A DNA stretch of 64,000 bases, taken from contig OY970194.1 of the NCBI GenBank assembly GCA_963708075.1, forward strand, positions 6,528,001-6,592,000, in the 5' to 3' direction. The notes under the pieces are model-generated. The model ran no database searches. It was not told where the DNA came from and was given only the letters and a program-made list of their open reading frames with translations. Shown here piece after piece: positions 42,279-53,196 of this stretch (its first letter is position 1; each line of letters begins with the position of its first letter). Source of the DNA: Sedimentisphaerales bacterium (GTDB lineage Bacteria; Planctomycetota; Phycisphaerae; Sedimentisphaerales; Anaerobacaceae). The translations under genes and the position numbers were made by a program.

Positions 42279-43055
42279 ATGAACACGCGACATCTATCCA
42301 TCATCAGCGCCTGGCTCATGCTGCTGGCGTTGGTCTGGCCCGCGCAGGCAGTGGAGGTGACTGTCCAGGTGGAGAACCTGGCGCCCGAGGGCGGCGTTTA
42401 CCTTTCGCCAATGTGGGTCGGCTTCGATGGTCCGCAATTCAGGCTGTTCACGACAACCAATGCAGGTACTCCCAGCCCCGGGCTGACGCGGCTGGCTACG
42501 GACGGGGATGCATCGCTGCTCCAGCAGGAATTCCAAAACACCGTCCAGGATGGCGTGGAAGGGCTCATCGGCACCGGGCCGGACTCGCCGAACGCGCCGA
42601 ACTTCGCCCCGGGCACGACAGGCCAACGCACGTTCGATCTGGACCCGGGAACCAACCAATTCATGAACTTCGCCGCGAAAGTCTATCCCGGCGCAACCAC
42701 TTTCATCGCAAGCACAAGCCAGATCGATCTCTTCGATGACGAGGGCCGGTTCAACGGCAAGCAGATCATCACGATCCTCGGCACCGATGTCATGGAAGCG
42801 CCTGCGTCCGGCACAAGCACAACCCGCGCGGCGACAAATCGGTCGGGCCTCACGATCACCGGCGGCAATAACGGATCACCTGTCACCACTGCCAACCTGC
42901 CCGGCGTCGTCTTTGATCCCGTGGCGTCGAACCTCGAGCTGCCCGGCACGGTGGTCGCCAGGATCACGGTCGTGCCCGAGCCGGCCACCATCTTCCTGCT
43001 CGCCGGCGGCAGCCTGATCCTGCTTCGCAGACGCTCGCAGATAAGTCAGAAGTAG
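42279..43055 (+). CDS. Spondin-like domain PEP-CTERM protein
   Basis: Signal peptide; VENLAP..LSPMWVGF..LATDGD; VPEP-TM-RRR tail. Confidence 0.85.
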   Translation: MNTRHLSIISAWLMLLALVWPAQAVEVTVQVENLAPEGGVYLSPMWVGFDGPQFRLFTTTNAGTPSPGLTRLATDGDASLLQQEFQNTVQDGVEGLIGTGPDSPNAPNFAPGTTGQRTFDLDPGTNQFMNFAAKVYPGATTFIASTSQIDLFDDEGRFNGKQIITILGTDVMEAPASGTSTTRAATNRSGLTITGGNNGSPVTTANLPGVVFDPVASNLELPGTVVARITVVPEPATIFLLAGGSLILLRRRSQISQK

Positions 43056-43258
43056 TGGAGGATAACGACGACAACGATCTTGAACCTGTTTTGCGAGCCG
43101 GTGCGACGGGGCTACCCCCAACACATCGGCTCGCCGTATTTCCTGGGACCTCCAGCCGAATAAGCCCTGCTATGTCACCCCCCGCACGGGCGGGGGGCCA
43201 GGATCGTTCGATGGTGGCTGAATTTGCGCCTCCTCTGAAAAGAGCGTGGCGTCAACAT

Positions 43259-43330
43259 GTAGGGTGGGTTCTCAACCCACGCGTCAAGAAGGCTTCGCTT
43301 GGTGACCACGTGGGTCAAGGACCCACCCTG
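43259..43330. repeat. GTAG-type REP pair
   Basis: GTAGGGTGGGTTCTCAACCCACGCGT; relatives at 50246-50271, 53349-53375 (inverted) and 18728-18790. Confidence 0.7.
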
Positions 43331-43459
43331 CGAGCTCGCAGGGTGGTTGGATGCGTCCAGAGGCTCTTGAGTTTCGGGTGGCATCGGCAGGCTCCGCAGG
43401 CTACAGCTTGCCGCTGCCAACCGTTGCTCTTTATCTTGACAGGGCAGGCCTCTGTGAAA

Positions 43460-46078
43460 TCACCGCTGTGCGACTTTGAACTGGACCTCCTGACCGGCCT
43501 GGAGTTGCAGGGGCTCTTTGAATTCGCGTGAGCCGTGATCGCTCAGGTTGAATCGGGACAAGCTGAGCGTGCCGCCCAGGACGGACAGCCCCACGTTCAT
43601 GCTCCTGCCGGCCTTCTTGAGCGAGCACGTGCCCCAGGCGTAGCCATTTGACCAGAAGCACGTGCCCTTGCCGGCGGCGAAGGTCATGGACTTATCCACG
43701 CCGGAATACCGGAATCCCGTGAGTGCGGGCACGGCGGCCCAGCTTGCCATCGCGCGGGCGTAGTGATGGCCGCACTCCGCCTCGTCGAAGGGGCTTCGCT
43801 TGCCTCCGTCGTAGCGATCGCGGATGTTCCGGATGCATTTGAGACCTTCGTCGGTCTGACCCTCGTACAGCATTCCGACGGCGGCGGTGTATTCGAAGCC
43901 GGTCATGACCTCGCTGAAATAGGGGAACGGGTTGGCCGGCCGGTCTTTCGGGTAATCGGCCATCAGCAGGACCGACTCGTCGCCCAGGGCGAAGCTCCGC
44001 ATGCAGTTGAAATGGCCGAAGAGGTTCCCCCGGTAGTTGTATTTCATGATGCTCTGGAGCGTCTTGCGGACGTGCTGCGGCTCGACGAGATAGCCCAGCC
44101 CGAGAACGTGAGCCATGTACTGGCCGACGAGCTGATCGACGAGGCAGCCGGACCCGAGCTGATAGTCCGGCTTAGTGGGGTCCTTGGCGCCCATGCCCAC
44201 CTGCAGAGCCGCGGCGACATCGGACTCACTCTTGGGCGGGCGAATGTGATGCTCGTAGTATTCGCCGTTGAACAGGTTGGCGTCGATCCACGCCTTGCCC
44301 TTTGTGAAGAGGTCGTGGCAGGTGTCCGCGAATTCTTTGTCGCCGATGTACCGGGCCATCTCTTCGGACGCCCGCAGCGCGCCGAGGTACCAGATTCCCA
44401 TCTGCGGATTTGGCCCGTAGTACTCCACGTCCATCGTGTTATGCTGGCAGCCCTCCATGACGCCGTCCTTGTCCGCGTCCCAGCCGCCGGGAATCCAGCA
44501 GAACTCGACCGCCTTCTTCACGTGCGGCCAGAGCGTCTTGAGCATCTGGTCGTCGCCCGAGAGCTGCCAGTCGCGATACATTTTCATGATGCAGCCCATC
44601 TGCCCGTCGGCGGCGGCCTTGCCGAACTCCTTCGCCCGCTCCAGCGGCAGGTTCACACGGAAAGCCATCATCCCATCGTCATTCGTGGCCTGGGCGAACT
44701 CGATCTCACGCATCGACTTTGCCAGGCTGCCGAACAGGAACGCCGTTGCCTGCTCGTAGTTCCACACGTGCGTGCATGAGCCGTGACAGCAGCCGCCCTT
44801 GTTGTTGCAGCCCTCGAACCCGTAGAATCGCCCGTCCTCCGTGCGGAAACACGTCTGCGTGCGCAGCGTGCTGATGTTGAAGAGCGCCGCCTCCTTGACT
44901 ACCTCGGGCAGATCGCTATCGCAGAACGCCCGAACGAAGCGGACGGTCTTCTCCTCCAGACTGCTCAGTTGCGGGGCCGTCTTCTCCGCGACCTCCCAGG
45001 CGTCCTTGTATTGAGTCGTGTAATAATTGCCGATCCGGTCCTGCTCGTTGTTCTTGGGCGTCCACGTCATGCGATTGGGGAAGTGCCAGGTGATCAGGAA
45101 CGTCACCGGCACGGCCCGCTTCGCCGGCAACTCGATGCTTGTCGCCAGCGACGCTATCGGCATGTCCTCGCCCGTGGCCGGCCGCTCGTCGAGTCTGCCG
45201 TCGGCGCTGAAGTCGTCCCAGAAGTCGAGCGCCGAGCTGCCCCAGCCGCCGGGAATCCACGAGATCCGATGCGTGATGCCGCCCCTGGCGGTAGTCGTCA
45301 AGGCGATCGTGCCCCATTGTTGCGCCTTCTGGGCGACGCCCTCAGAAGACATGAAGATGCCGCTGACAGCCTGTCCCTCGCGGAACTCATTGCGATTGGC
45401 CTTGGCCCCGCCTTGCCCCGCGCCGTCATTGCCGATGAAGTTGGGCAGGACGCCGCAGACGGAAGCCTGGAGAGGCTTATCCGTCCTGTTACGGAGCACA
45501 TATCGCAGGACCGCCACCGGAATACCGCTCGACTCCGGATCTGCCGGCACCAGTGGATTGAACGCCTGCAACGTGACATCGATGGGCATATCCGGATCGG
45601 CCAGCTTCACCTGCCCCAGCGGATAGGCCGCGGCGAAGCTGCACTGCCTGAATCGCGGCAACCCATGATTCACGGCCGCGCTGCCACTGGCGCCCTCATA
45701 GAGGGAGAGGGGAATGGGTCCCTCCAGCCCTCTCGCATACGTCCGCCCTGCGCCGTCCTTCACGAACACAACAAAGCACGGCCCGAACGATCTGACCGGC
45801 ACGAACCCTTTCGACGGCCGGTTCATGATCTCCCAATCGCGCAAATTCCCTCGCCCGCCCAGCGACACCGTCCCCGTCCCAATCCCCCCCAGCGGCAGCG
45901 CAATCGCCTCCAGATGCTGCTCGTCATACTTCTTCAAAATCGGCCAATCAGTCATGGCACGCTTATCGGCCTGCGCACCTCGAATCACAGGATCGTCCTG
46001 GGCGGATAGCGAGGTCAGTGGCGATACGCAGCAAAGAACTGCAGCCAACACGAAACAGAAAAGGAAATGCCGATTCAT
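43460..46078 (-). CDS. GH116 beta-glycosidase (non-lysosomal glucosylceramidase-like), secreted
   Basis: PLGGIGTG..W, FYGFEGC..GSCTHVWNY, AADGQMG, QHNTMD, ECGHHYARAM. Confidence 0.9.
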   Translation of the reverse strand: MNRHFLFCFVLAAVLCCVSPLTSLSAQDDPVIRGAQADKRAMTDWPILKKYDEQHLEAIALPLGGIGTGTVSLGGRGNLRDWEIMNRPSKGFVPVRSFGPCFVVFVKDGAGRTYARGLEGPIPLSLYEGASGSAAVNHGLPRFRQCSFAAAYPLGQVKLADPDMPIDVTLQAFNPLVPADPESSGIPVAVLRYVLRNRTDKPLQASVCGVLPNFIGNDGAGQGGAKANRNEFREGQAVSGIFMSSEGVAQKAQQWGTIALTTTARGGITHRISWIPGGWGSSALDFWDDFSADGRLDERPATGEDMPIASLATSIELPAKRAVPVTFLITWHFPNRMTWTPKNNEQDRIGNYYTTQYKDAWEVAEKTAPQLSSLEEKTVRFVRAFCDSDLPEVVKEAALFNISTLRTQTCFRTEDGRFYGFEGCNNKGGCCHGSCTHVWNYEQATAFLFGSLAKSMREIEFAQATNDDGMMAFRVNLPLERAKEFGKAAADGQMGCIMKMYRDWQLSGDDQMLKTLWPHVKKAVEFCWIPGGWDADKDGVMEGCQHNTMDVEYYGPNPQMGIWYLGALRASEEMARYIGDKEFADTCHDLFTKGKAWIDANLFNGEYYEHHIRPPKSESDVAAALQVGMGAKDPTKPDYQLGSGCLVDQLVGQYMAHVLGLGYLVEPQHVRKTLQSIMKYNYRGNLFGHFNCMRSFALGDESVLLMADYPKDRPANPFPYFSEVMTGFEYTAAVGMLYEGQTDEGLKCIRNIRDRYDGGKRSPFDEAECGHHYARAMASWAAVPALTGFRYSGVDKSMTFAAGKGTCFWSNGYAWGTCSLKKAGRSMNVGLSVLGGTLSLSRFNLSDHGSREFKEPLQLQAGQEVQFKVAQR

Positions 46079-46466
46079 AGTGTCCTCCTGACAAGACGTC
46101 ACAACTCCTGAACACACAATCACTCGCTCGGCAATATATTCTTCCGCCATGATCATGGCAACCGAAATAGCTCCGTTGGAGTCTCTGCGCGCTCCAGGTG
46201 CGGTCGACGTGCGGTGGCGGCGTGTAGCCGCCGTGTGCGAACCGCCCTCTTTCGTCCCTTACGGGACTGGCTTTTATCCTTGGCTCCGGTTCCCCAGCGA
46301 TGAATCGCTGGGCTATTCTCTATCGCCCTGCGGGCTTGGACTGTACCATATTTGATCGTGCCAAGCCTAAGATCAAGCTGGGCTATTCTCTATCGCCCTG
46401 CGGGCTTGGACTGCACCCCAGTCCTCTTGCGTCGGCCCATCCGCCCCACAGGGGCGATCGACACTA

Positions 46467-47612
46467 AGTAGGTAGCCAAAAGTTTTCACAGGAACGATTC
46501 TCTTCGCGTGTATGATGGGGTACATGCGAAGAACGAAGAGCGCCTCAGAACGTGGTTTCGATCGATATGATAAACATCGTCTTACGCGGGCCTTACAGGG
46601 GGTCGCTGACATTCGCACCTACCGGCGTATCGAAGCGATCCTGTTGGTGGCCCAGGGTCGGACGGTTCCGGAAGCAGCGCAGATCACCGGGACCCGGCCG
46701 TGGAGCGTCTATCGCTGGGTGCGGGCCTATCTGCACACCCATTGTCCAGACCGCCTGCAGGACGCACCGCGTTCCGGACGGCCTCCGGTCGCCACGCCGA
46801 TCACGGACGCCCGTCTGGTACGCGAGTTCCGCCGGGACCCGATGCGTTTGGGCTATCGCGCCACGGGTTGGACGGTGTCCTTGCTGGCAGATCACCTCCA
46901 GCAAAGGTACGGGTGTGCAATCTCGCCTCGTACCCTGCGGCGGCGGATGCGGGACTTGGATCTGCGGTGGAAACGTCCCCGGTATGTCTATGCGACCAAG
47001 GACCCGAACCGAGCCCAGAAAAAGGGGGCCTGGTTCGCCGCCTGAAACGGATGCCGGCGCTGGCGGTGCTGTTGTTTTCGGATGCGACCATCCTCCGCTG
47101 GTTTCCGCCCTTGCGCTATGTGTGGGCGTTTCGCGGCGAACAGGCGCAGGTCAAGATCACGGGCCAAAACGACAAACGGGTTCTGTTCGGCACGATCAAT
47201 CCACGAACCGGACACCGGGTGGTCCTGCGTCGGCCCCGCCAGCGGCAAGAGGACTTTCAAGCCTTCCTGCGGGAGTTGCGGCGACGGTATCCCGGACGCC
47301 CGATTTGGCTGTTGCTGGACAAGGCCTCTTTTCATCAGGCGATCAAAAGCCAACGACTGGCCACCCACTTGGAGGTGACCCTCTTGTGGTTGCCGAAGCA
47401 GTGCCCGGAACTGAACTCTCAGGATCATCTCTGGAAGGAGTTGAAACGGTTGATTGCGGCCAATCGCCAGTTCCAAACGATTGATGATGAGGCGGCCTAC
47501 GCGGAACAGTGGCTCTTGGGACTAACTGCGACCCAGGGCCTCCGCAAAGCCGGTGTCTTGTCGGCGGATTTCTGGCTCAAGGCTTTTGTGTGAAGACTTT
47601 TGGCTACCTACT
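46467..47612 (+). mobile_element. IS630-family insertion sequence
   Basis: 24-bp TIR AGTAGGTAGCCAAAAGT(T/C)TTCACA with one mismatch; TA duplication (46465-46466, 47613-47614). Confidence 0.95.
46512..47593 (+). CDS. IS630 transposase in two ORFs joined by a -1 shift
   Basis: HTH..PRSGRP..WTV in ORF A; FSDAT, LLDKASFH, PELNSQD in ORF B; slippery AAAAAGGGGG at 47019-47028. Confidence 0.9.
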
Positions 47613-47751
47613 TAGCCCACCGTTTCAACGGTGGGTACCGATAGCCAATCATATCTCATAGCCCCGCAGGGGCGAAAGAAGACTGGGCTGCGCTCTTGTG
47701 TCGGGTGGAATCGCAACCCACCACCGTACGCCGGCCGCACCCCCGTGACAA

Positions 47752-47947
47752 GTGTGCGACTAAGTTTCGTGGGCCCCGATGGCTTCGCAGGGCGGGCGAG
47801 GACGCCCACCCTACACCCGGAGCCGTCGGCGCTCTTCGTAGGTCGTGCGTCCCCGCACGACCCTCTTGGCCCTAGGTGAATACGCGTCGAAACGCACGGT
47901 TTCTCACCCGGTCAGCGGAATCTGCCCCACGAGATTTAGTCGCACAC
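47752..47947. mobile_element. MITE family B (196 bp)
   Basis: TIR GTGTGCGACTA..TCGTGGG / CCCACGA..TAGTCGCACAC; 8-bp TSD CGTGACAA (47744-47751, 47948-47955). Confidence 0.8.
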
Positions 47948-47973
47948 CGTGACAACCGGGCCGATTTTTTTTG

Positions 47974-48001
47974 TTGACATTCATCGGTGGGGGGATAGAA
48001 T
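47974..48001 (+). promoter_or_regulatory. sigma70-type promoter
   Basis: TTGACA-16-TAGAAT, ~310 nt upstream of 48315. Confidence 0.5.
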
Positions 48002-48314
48002 CCTTACCTACAGGAGTGGTGGTGGGAAGTCGGCAGGACGGCCGTTCAAACCCTTCCCTTTTTCATCGTTGGTATTTGGCTGCGCAATTGCGGGCCCGGG
48101 CAGAACAGAGGTGGGCTGCGCCCAGGTACAGGAGCAATGTGGCCGGATGCCAGATCGTCCAATCAACATGGCGGGCGGAGAAGGGAGGTGGACGTACTAC
48201 ATGCGGAAGCGAGAGCGATCCAGGGATTAATGTAGAAGGACCAGGGAGATTTTGTGTCCATGATGGCTGGCGGTCCGCAGCAAATGAAAAAGCAGAAGTT
48301 TACAGGAGAAGAAA

Positions 48315-48869
48315 ATGAAAAAGTCAATGTTAGCAGTTGCAGCGTTTGGTCTGTTGATCCTCAGTGCACCGGCGTGGGCCGACATTACCGTCGATCTGAT
48401 CGCAGACGGCGGGGACGTGGGATTCGACGCCGGGGACGTGGTCGTCTCGTATGACGGCGCCAATATTGTCGTCACGATCACGTCCGCCGCACCCTGGCTA
48501 CTGGCCGAGACGCACGTGGACGTGGCGGCAACTGCCGCCGATGTGCCGCAGAAGAACGGCAACCCGACCCCGGGCCAGTTTGCCTATGATGAGGAGGACG
48601 CAACTAGCGTCACAGATACCGTGCACGTATATACAATCCCCTACACCTTGGCAGCCGGCCAGTCTGTTGTCATCGCTGTCCATGCCGCCATCGAATATGT
48701 GGAGATCGTTGGAGTACCGGACGATTCCCTGGACAGGCCGCTGGATGACCCCGCGGACATCCTCTACGAGGAAACCGGCTGGGGTAGCGGTACGGACTTC
48801 GATGGCAAGAACTGGGCCATGTATATCGAAGGAACGTATGAGCAGTTGATCCCGGTCATCGTTCCGTAG
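48315..48869 (+). CDS. Secreted acidic hypothetical protein
   Basis: RBS AGGAG; signal peptide ending AWA; NGNPTPGQF..ETGWG..NWAMY. Confidence 0.8.
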   Translation: MKKSMLAVAAFGLLILSAPAWADITVDLIADGGDVGFDAGDVVVSYDGANIVVTITSAAPWLLAETHVDVAATAADVPQKNGNPTPGQFAYDEEDATSVTDTVHVYTIPYTLAAGQSVVIAVHAAIEYVEIVGVPDDSLDRPLDDPADILYEETGWGSGTDFDGKNWAMYIEGTYEQLIPVIVP

Positions 48870-48927
48870 ATGGAACGGATCACGTCAGACACAGGGTCAT
48901 GAGACCCGGCGGATTTGGGTTGATTGC

Positions 48928-48960
48928 AGGGCCGCAGGCAAAACGCTTGCGGCCCTTTCT
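48928..48960 (+). terminator. Putative intrinsic terminator
   Basis: AGGGCCGCAGGC-AAAAC-GCTTGCGGCCCT followed by TTCT. Confidence 0.5.
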
Positions 48961-49383
48961 CCCGCCTCTTTCCGACCACGGAGAACACAAGAAAGCGATC
49001 AACCGCGAACCACGCGAAAAACGTCCCACGTATGTCATTCCCGCGCAGACGGCAATCCACGTCCTTTTTCTTCGACACGGATTCACTTATCAACATGCTG
49101 CTTGGCCTCAAAGCGACACACTCCCGCCTCGCCAGAGGCGGCAGGAGCGTTGGATATTGCACATCCTCAGATCTATCGGCTTCGCGCGATGCCGGTGAGC
49201 GAGAAAACCGGCGCCGTTACTCCCGACGTCGTAAGGAGTTAAGAGCAGCGGTGAAAATATGTAGCTATTTTTGTGGACAAATAACGTTCCATGCATTACG
49301 ATTTGACCATAGTCGTGTGGCAAGCGTTTCGGGCCGGCGGGGCGCTGCCGGCGGAGGATGGACAAAGATCGAAGGGAGAAACC

Positions 49384-50115
49384 ATGGCGCAAGCGAGTTG
49401 TCACAACTGTATTTACTCCTGCTGGGATCCGTGCCAGGCGATGCACAGCATGTCCCTGGGCTGGGCGCACCGGCCGATGTGCGCGAACCACCCGGATACT
49501 CCCGGCTTGATGCGCCCGACGCCCGTCGGCAAGACCTGCCGGAACTACCGGGTCAGGCCCGCCACGCCCGAAGGGGACATCAGGCGCATCCCATTCGGCG
49601 GCGGGCTGTACGCCTACGTGGACGCCGCCGATTATGAGTGGCTCAGCCAGTACCATTGGAGCCGGTTCAGCGGTGGATACGCCGCCCGGCGCGACAAGAC
49701 GGGCAAGTGGATCCTCATGCACCGCGAGATCATGCAGCCGCCGGAAGGGAAGGACGTGGACCACCACGACGGCAATAAGGCCAACAACTGCCGGTTCAAT
49801 CTTCGCATCTGTACGGGCGACGAGAACCGGCACAACCAGGCCCTGCGCTCCGACTCGACCTCCGGGTTCAAGGGCGTGAGCCGTGATAAACGCTCCGGCA
49901 AGTACCGTGCCAAATTCACGCACCGCGCCCATCACTTCTGGCTGGGCTATTTCGAGGATCCGGTGGAGGCGGCCCGGGCCTATGATTACAAGGCGGTCCA
50001 GTGTTGCGGCCCGTTCGCCCGCGTGAATCTGCCCGAGGAATGGCCCCCCGAGCGAATCCAGGAGGTTCACGCCGCGCACCAGGCCGAGCAGTCACGAACA
50101 GACGCTGATCCATGA
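49384..50115 (+). CDS. HNH endonuclease with AP2 DNA-binding domain and Cys-rich N-terminal domain
   Basis: MHREIM..VDHHDGNKANNCRFNLR..N (HNH); SGFKGV..LGYF..EAARAYD..N (AP2); CHNC..CANH..CRNY. Confidence 0.9.
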   Translation: MAQASCHNCIYSCWDPCQAMHSMSLGWAHRPMCANHPDTPGLMRPTPVGKTCRNYRVRPATPEGDIRRIPFGGGLYAYVDAADYEWLSQYHWSRFSGGYAARRDKTGKWILMHREIMQPPEGKDVDHHDGNKANNCRFNLRICTGDENRHNQALRSDSTSGFKGVSRDKRSGKYRAKFTHRAHHFWLGYFEDPVEAARAYDYKAVQCCGPFARVNLPEEWPPERIQEVHAAHQAEQSRTDADP

Positions 50116-50770
50116 CGAAGTGGAGAGAAGTCTGGCGAGATGGCTGAGGTGATCCGGACAAGGGGAACCGCAGACACCGTCCCTTCGACAGGCTCAGGGC
50201 AGGCTCTGAGCGGAGCCGAAGGATCAACGCTGATGAACGCCGATTGTAGGGTGGGTTCTCAACCCACGCGTTCAATTCCCTCCAACCGCGAACCACGCGA
50301 GAAGGTCGCTCACGCAGAGACAAGACCGCAAGAACCTCCGAATGCCTATAATCCCGCCTCCCAGTCAAGCAACATGTGGGCAGGATTTGTCTCGGATAAT
50401 TCAAATGCAAAACATGACCCTGTTGCCATCTGTTGCCCTCCGCCGTATGCTCGGCGTCTTACTTCAAACATCAAACTTCACACCTCAAACCTATCCCCTA
50501 TCACTTCTCGCTTGCGGGCTCCACCCTCCTTTGGCATAATGGTTCCCAGAGAGGCACCTTTGACAAAGCTGCGATCAATGACAGTCCCGGCCCGCCGTGG
50601 GCCGGAGCGATGCGGTTTGGCCGAAATTCCTTGCATGGCCATAGAGGTGCGATGGCCGAGGGAAAAATGAGACAAGAAGACAGGCACCTAAGGCCGAAGC
50701 CAGACCCCTTTTTCTGGCGTCGTAACCGTGTGGAACCTGTTAGATTCTTGAAGGTTTCTCAAAATTGTTC

Positions 50771-50799
50771 TTGACCGGACATCGCAAAATTGCGATAAT
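50771..50799 (+). promoter_or_regulatory. TA operon promoter with overlapping palindromic operator
   Basis: TTGACC-17-GATAAT; ATCGCAA-AA-TTGCGAT at 50781-50796. Confidence 0.7.
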
Positions 50800-50814
50800 T
50801 CAAGTGGAGCAGTG

Positions 50815-51183
50815 ATGCCCAGGACGCTCGTGCTTGTCTACCAGGAGGAGGGCTCGGTGCCATTGCTCGAATGGCTGGACGGCCTGCCTGAAAGGGCGCA
50901 GGACAAGATCACGGCCAGAATCGAGCTTCTCGCCGAGCGTGGCCATGAGCTTCGAAGGCCTCATTGTGATTATCTGGAGCAAGAGGTATACGAGCTTCGA
51001 GTGAGGCTCGGCCACGTGCAGTACAGAATCTTGTATGGTTTCGTCGGCCGCAACGTCGTGCTGCTTTCGCACGGCTGCACAAAGGAAGACGCAGTGCCGA
51101 AAAGTGAGATCGCCCGGGCGTTGAGGAACCTGGCCGCCTACAAGAGCGCTCCGGCCAAACACACGTACAGTGAGCAAGAGTAA
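50815..51183 (+). CDS. RelE/ParE-superfamily (HigB-like) toxin
   Basis: EWLDGL..GHELRRPH..VYELRV..YRILY..LSHGCTK; toxin-first gene order. Confidence 0.85.
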   Translation: MPRTLVLVYQEEGSVPLLEWLDGLPERAQDKITARIELLAERGHELRRPHCDYLEQEVYELRVRLGHVQYRILYGFVGRNVVLLSHGCTKEDAVPKSEIARALRNLAAYKSAPAKHTYSEQE

Positions 51184-51515
51184 TGGCTAACAACAAGAAG
51201 GCTACAGACGCCGTCAGAATCCTTCACCGGCGATACATCAAGGGCAGCGAGAAGCGCCTGGCGTCCCTGGCTCGCGAGCGGGAGAACCTGCGAATTGCCG
51301 AGCAGATCTACGAGCTTCGCACCTCGGCGGGCCTCAGCCAGAAGGACCTGGCTCGCCTGGTCGGGACGACCCAGTCCGTCGTCAGCCGACTGGAGGACGC
51401 CGACTACGACGGCCACAGCCTCACCATGCTCGAACGAATCGCCCACGCCCTCCATCATCGGGTGTGTATCCACTTCGTCCCCCAGGACAAACCCTGCGCC
51501 CTCTCACGCCGATGA
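51183..51515 (+). CDS. XRE-family HTH antitoxin (HigA-like)
   Basis: LRTSAGLSQKDLARLVGTTQSVVSRLE; TAATG overlap with the toxin gene. Confidence 0.9.
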   Translation: MANNKKATDAVRILHRRYIKGSEKRLASLARERENLRIAEQIYELRTSAGLSQKDLARLVGTTQSVVSRLEDADYDGHSLTMLERIAHALHHRVCIHFVPQDKPCALSRR

Positions 51516-51658
51516 CGCGGACCCCGCTCGGGATAATAGGACAGCAACCTATTAAAGATGAAAACAATCGGCGACTGTCACTAGTAACAGTCCCTTGATA
51601 GAGTGGTGAGGTCAGATGGATACAGATTTCTAAATGCCGATGACGAAGGAGACTTTTC

Positions 51659-52333
51659 ATGTCAGCATGCGAGGTTTCGGGGCAGGAAGGCAAAGAGCCC
51701 AAGGCCCCCATAATGGGACCGGCGAAGTCAAGGGGTTTTCGCGTCACCTTCGTGGTACTATCCTTGATTGGAGTGCTGCTGGCGGTCTGGGCGATCCATG
51801 TCTTGCGCGGACCTTCGGCCTCGGCTCTTTTCCGATGGTATGTCATGGACCCTATCCCGCCGTCAGTGACCCATATAAAGGTCGATCAGCCAAAGGCACA
51901 TGGAGGTTTTGGGTACGTCTTCCGCTTTGCTGTCAGTCAGGGCGATATCGAACATATCCGCAAGTCCCGGTCATTGCGCAAAACCCTGACCAGTATCAGC
52001 TACAACGATGTCCTCGATCTTTCGTGGGTATTCGAGGACGCCCCGTCCATTGTGCGTGGGCTTACGCCGTACCGCCCGGGGCAGCGCAGACCTTCCTGGT
52101 TCGACTTGGCGACATGGAAGGACCCGGAAGCGTATGCGTTGGTGCAGGTGGACTGGTCTGACAACGAAGACACGCAGATTCTGGTATACAACAGTGACCT
52201 GAAACAAGCATTCTTCATGGTATTTGATTACAGAGGGACAATGAACTTTGATTTTTCGCCCTTCGGCAAATATAGGGGCGGGCGGTACAAGTGGAATGAG
52301 GATAAGCCGTTGGACAAAAAGGAAAGAGGGTAA
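51659..52333 (+). CDS. Hypothetical membrane-anchored protein
   Basis: RBS AAGGAG; one TM segment. Confidence 0.65.
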   Translation: MSACEVSGQEGKEPKAPIMGPAKSRGFRVTFVVLSLIGVLLAVWAIHVLRGPSASALFRWYVMDPIPPSVTHIKVDQPKAHGGFGYVFRFAVSQGDIEHIRKSRSLRKTLTSISYNDVLDLSWVFEDAPSIVRGLTPYRPGQRRPSWFDLATWKDPEAYALVQVDWSDNEDTQILVYNSDLKQAFFMVFDYRGTMNFDFSPFGKYRGGRYKWNEDKPLDKKERG

Positions 52334-52658
52334 ATCTTAGTTCCGGGGACACAATACTCTATTGAAGCTAACAAGGGCGAAGGTCAGATTGCCAGTGTAC
52401 AGACTGGATTTCCGCCTGCGCAGGAATGCGTTCCTGCGCGAGATCGATTTCTTTCACATGGGAGGGGGACGGGGCCGCATCTTTAATTATATAATTATTT
52501 GGGGAGAGGCGGCCGGGGAATGATGGGGACATTCTACTTCTCTCGGAGCCGGACGGCTTGAATTCGGGACGAGGAACCGAAAAGCGATACGTGACAAAGG
52601 GGGAAGTTTGAAGTGTGAAGTTTGATATTTGAAGTGTCAAGAGGGGCGTGCGGCGGGG

Positions 52659-53196
52659 CCGGGGCATCCACCAGATGACATCACCACCCTGCACTGTCCT
52701 CTTCAGACGCTAGGTTGCGGTGCAACCTAGCGCGTCTCAGAGTGGTCCCCCATGTGGCACCTCTTGTTTTCCTTTCTTCTTTCCTGGCTGCGTTCCTCCC
52801 ATCCATCCTCTGCGTCTCAGCGTCCCCATTCGACTGCGCTCAGAGCCCGCCCTGAGCTTCGCCGAAGGGGCAGGTTCTGCGTGAGAGAATCTATGCAGTT
52901 TTCGCACCGCTACTTGTCAGAATCTTGTCTTCCTGCGCACATTCTTGCGGAAGGGTAGCCTAAGTCGAGGCGACCAAACGGATTGTATCTCGCGCGGAGA
53001 CGCAGGGCCGCAGAGTTCAGGATGCGTTTTGACCGGGTTTTCTCTGCGCCTCCGCGTCTCTGCGCGAGTCGATTTTGGTTGCGGCCGAAGGCCGCGCTGC
53101 GTGGTTCGCGTGGTTCGCGGGTGAAGAGGCGGTTGTTGGTTGGTGGTTCTAAGTCGAGAACCCTTCGTGCAGTTCTTCGTGCTCTTCGTGGTGAAA
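52659..53196. repeat. ~340-bp direct repeat, copy 1, with a 195-bp insertion at 52906-53100
   Basis: Colinear with 54305-54644 once 52906-53100 is removed. Confidence 0.85.

Larger units (their letters stand above)
46197..47743. mobile_element. MITE family A (long form) interrupted by IS630
   Basis: 46197-46466 plus 47615-47743 reconstitute a copy colinear with 54749-55222. Confidence 0.75.

Noticed and set aside
49170..49205. sigma28-like promoter on the minus strand (CTCA-N15-GCCGATAG); weaker case near 36592-36619
   Set aside because: The first has no convincing gene downstream and the second has imperfect spacing.
52670..52740. Hammerhead ribozyme (CUGAAGA on the minus strand)
   Set aside because: No properly placed GAAA or cleavage-site stem.
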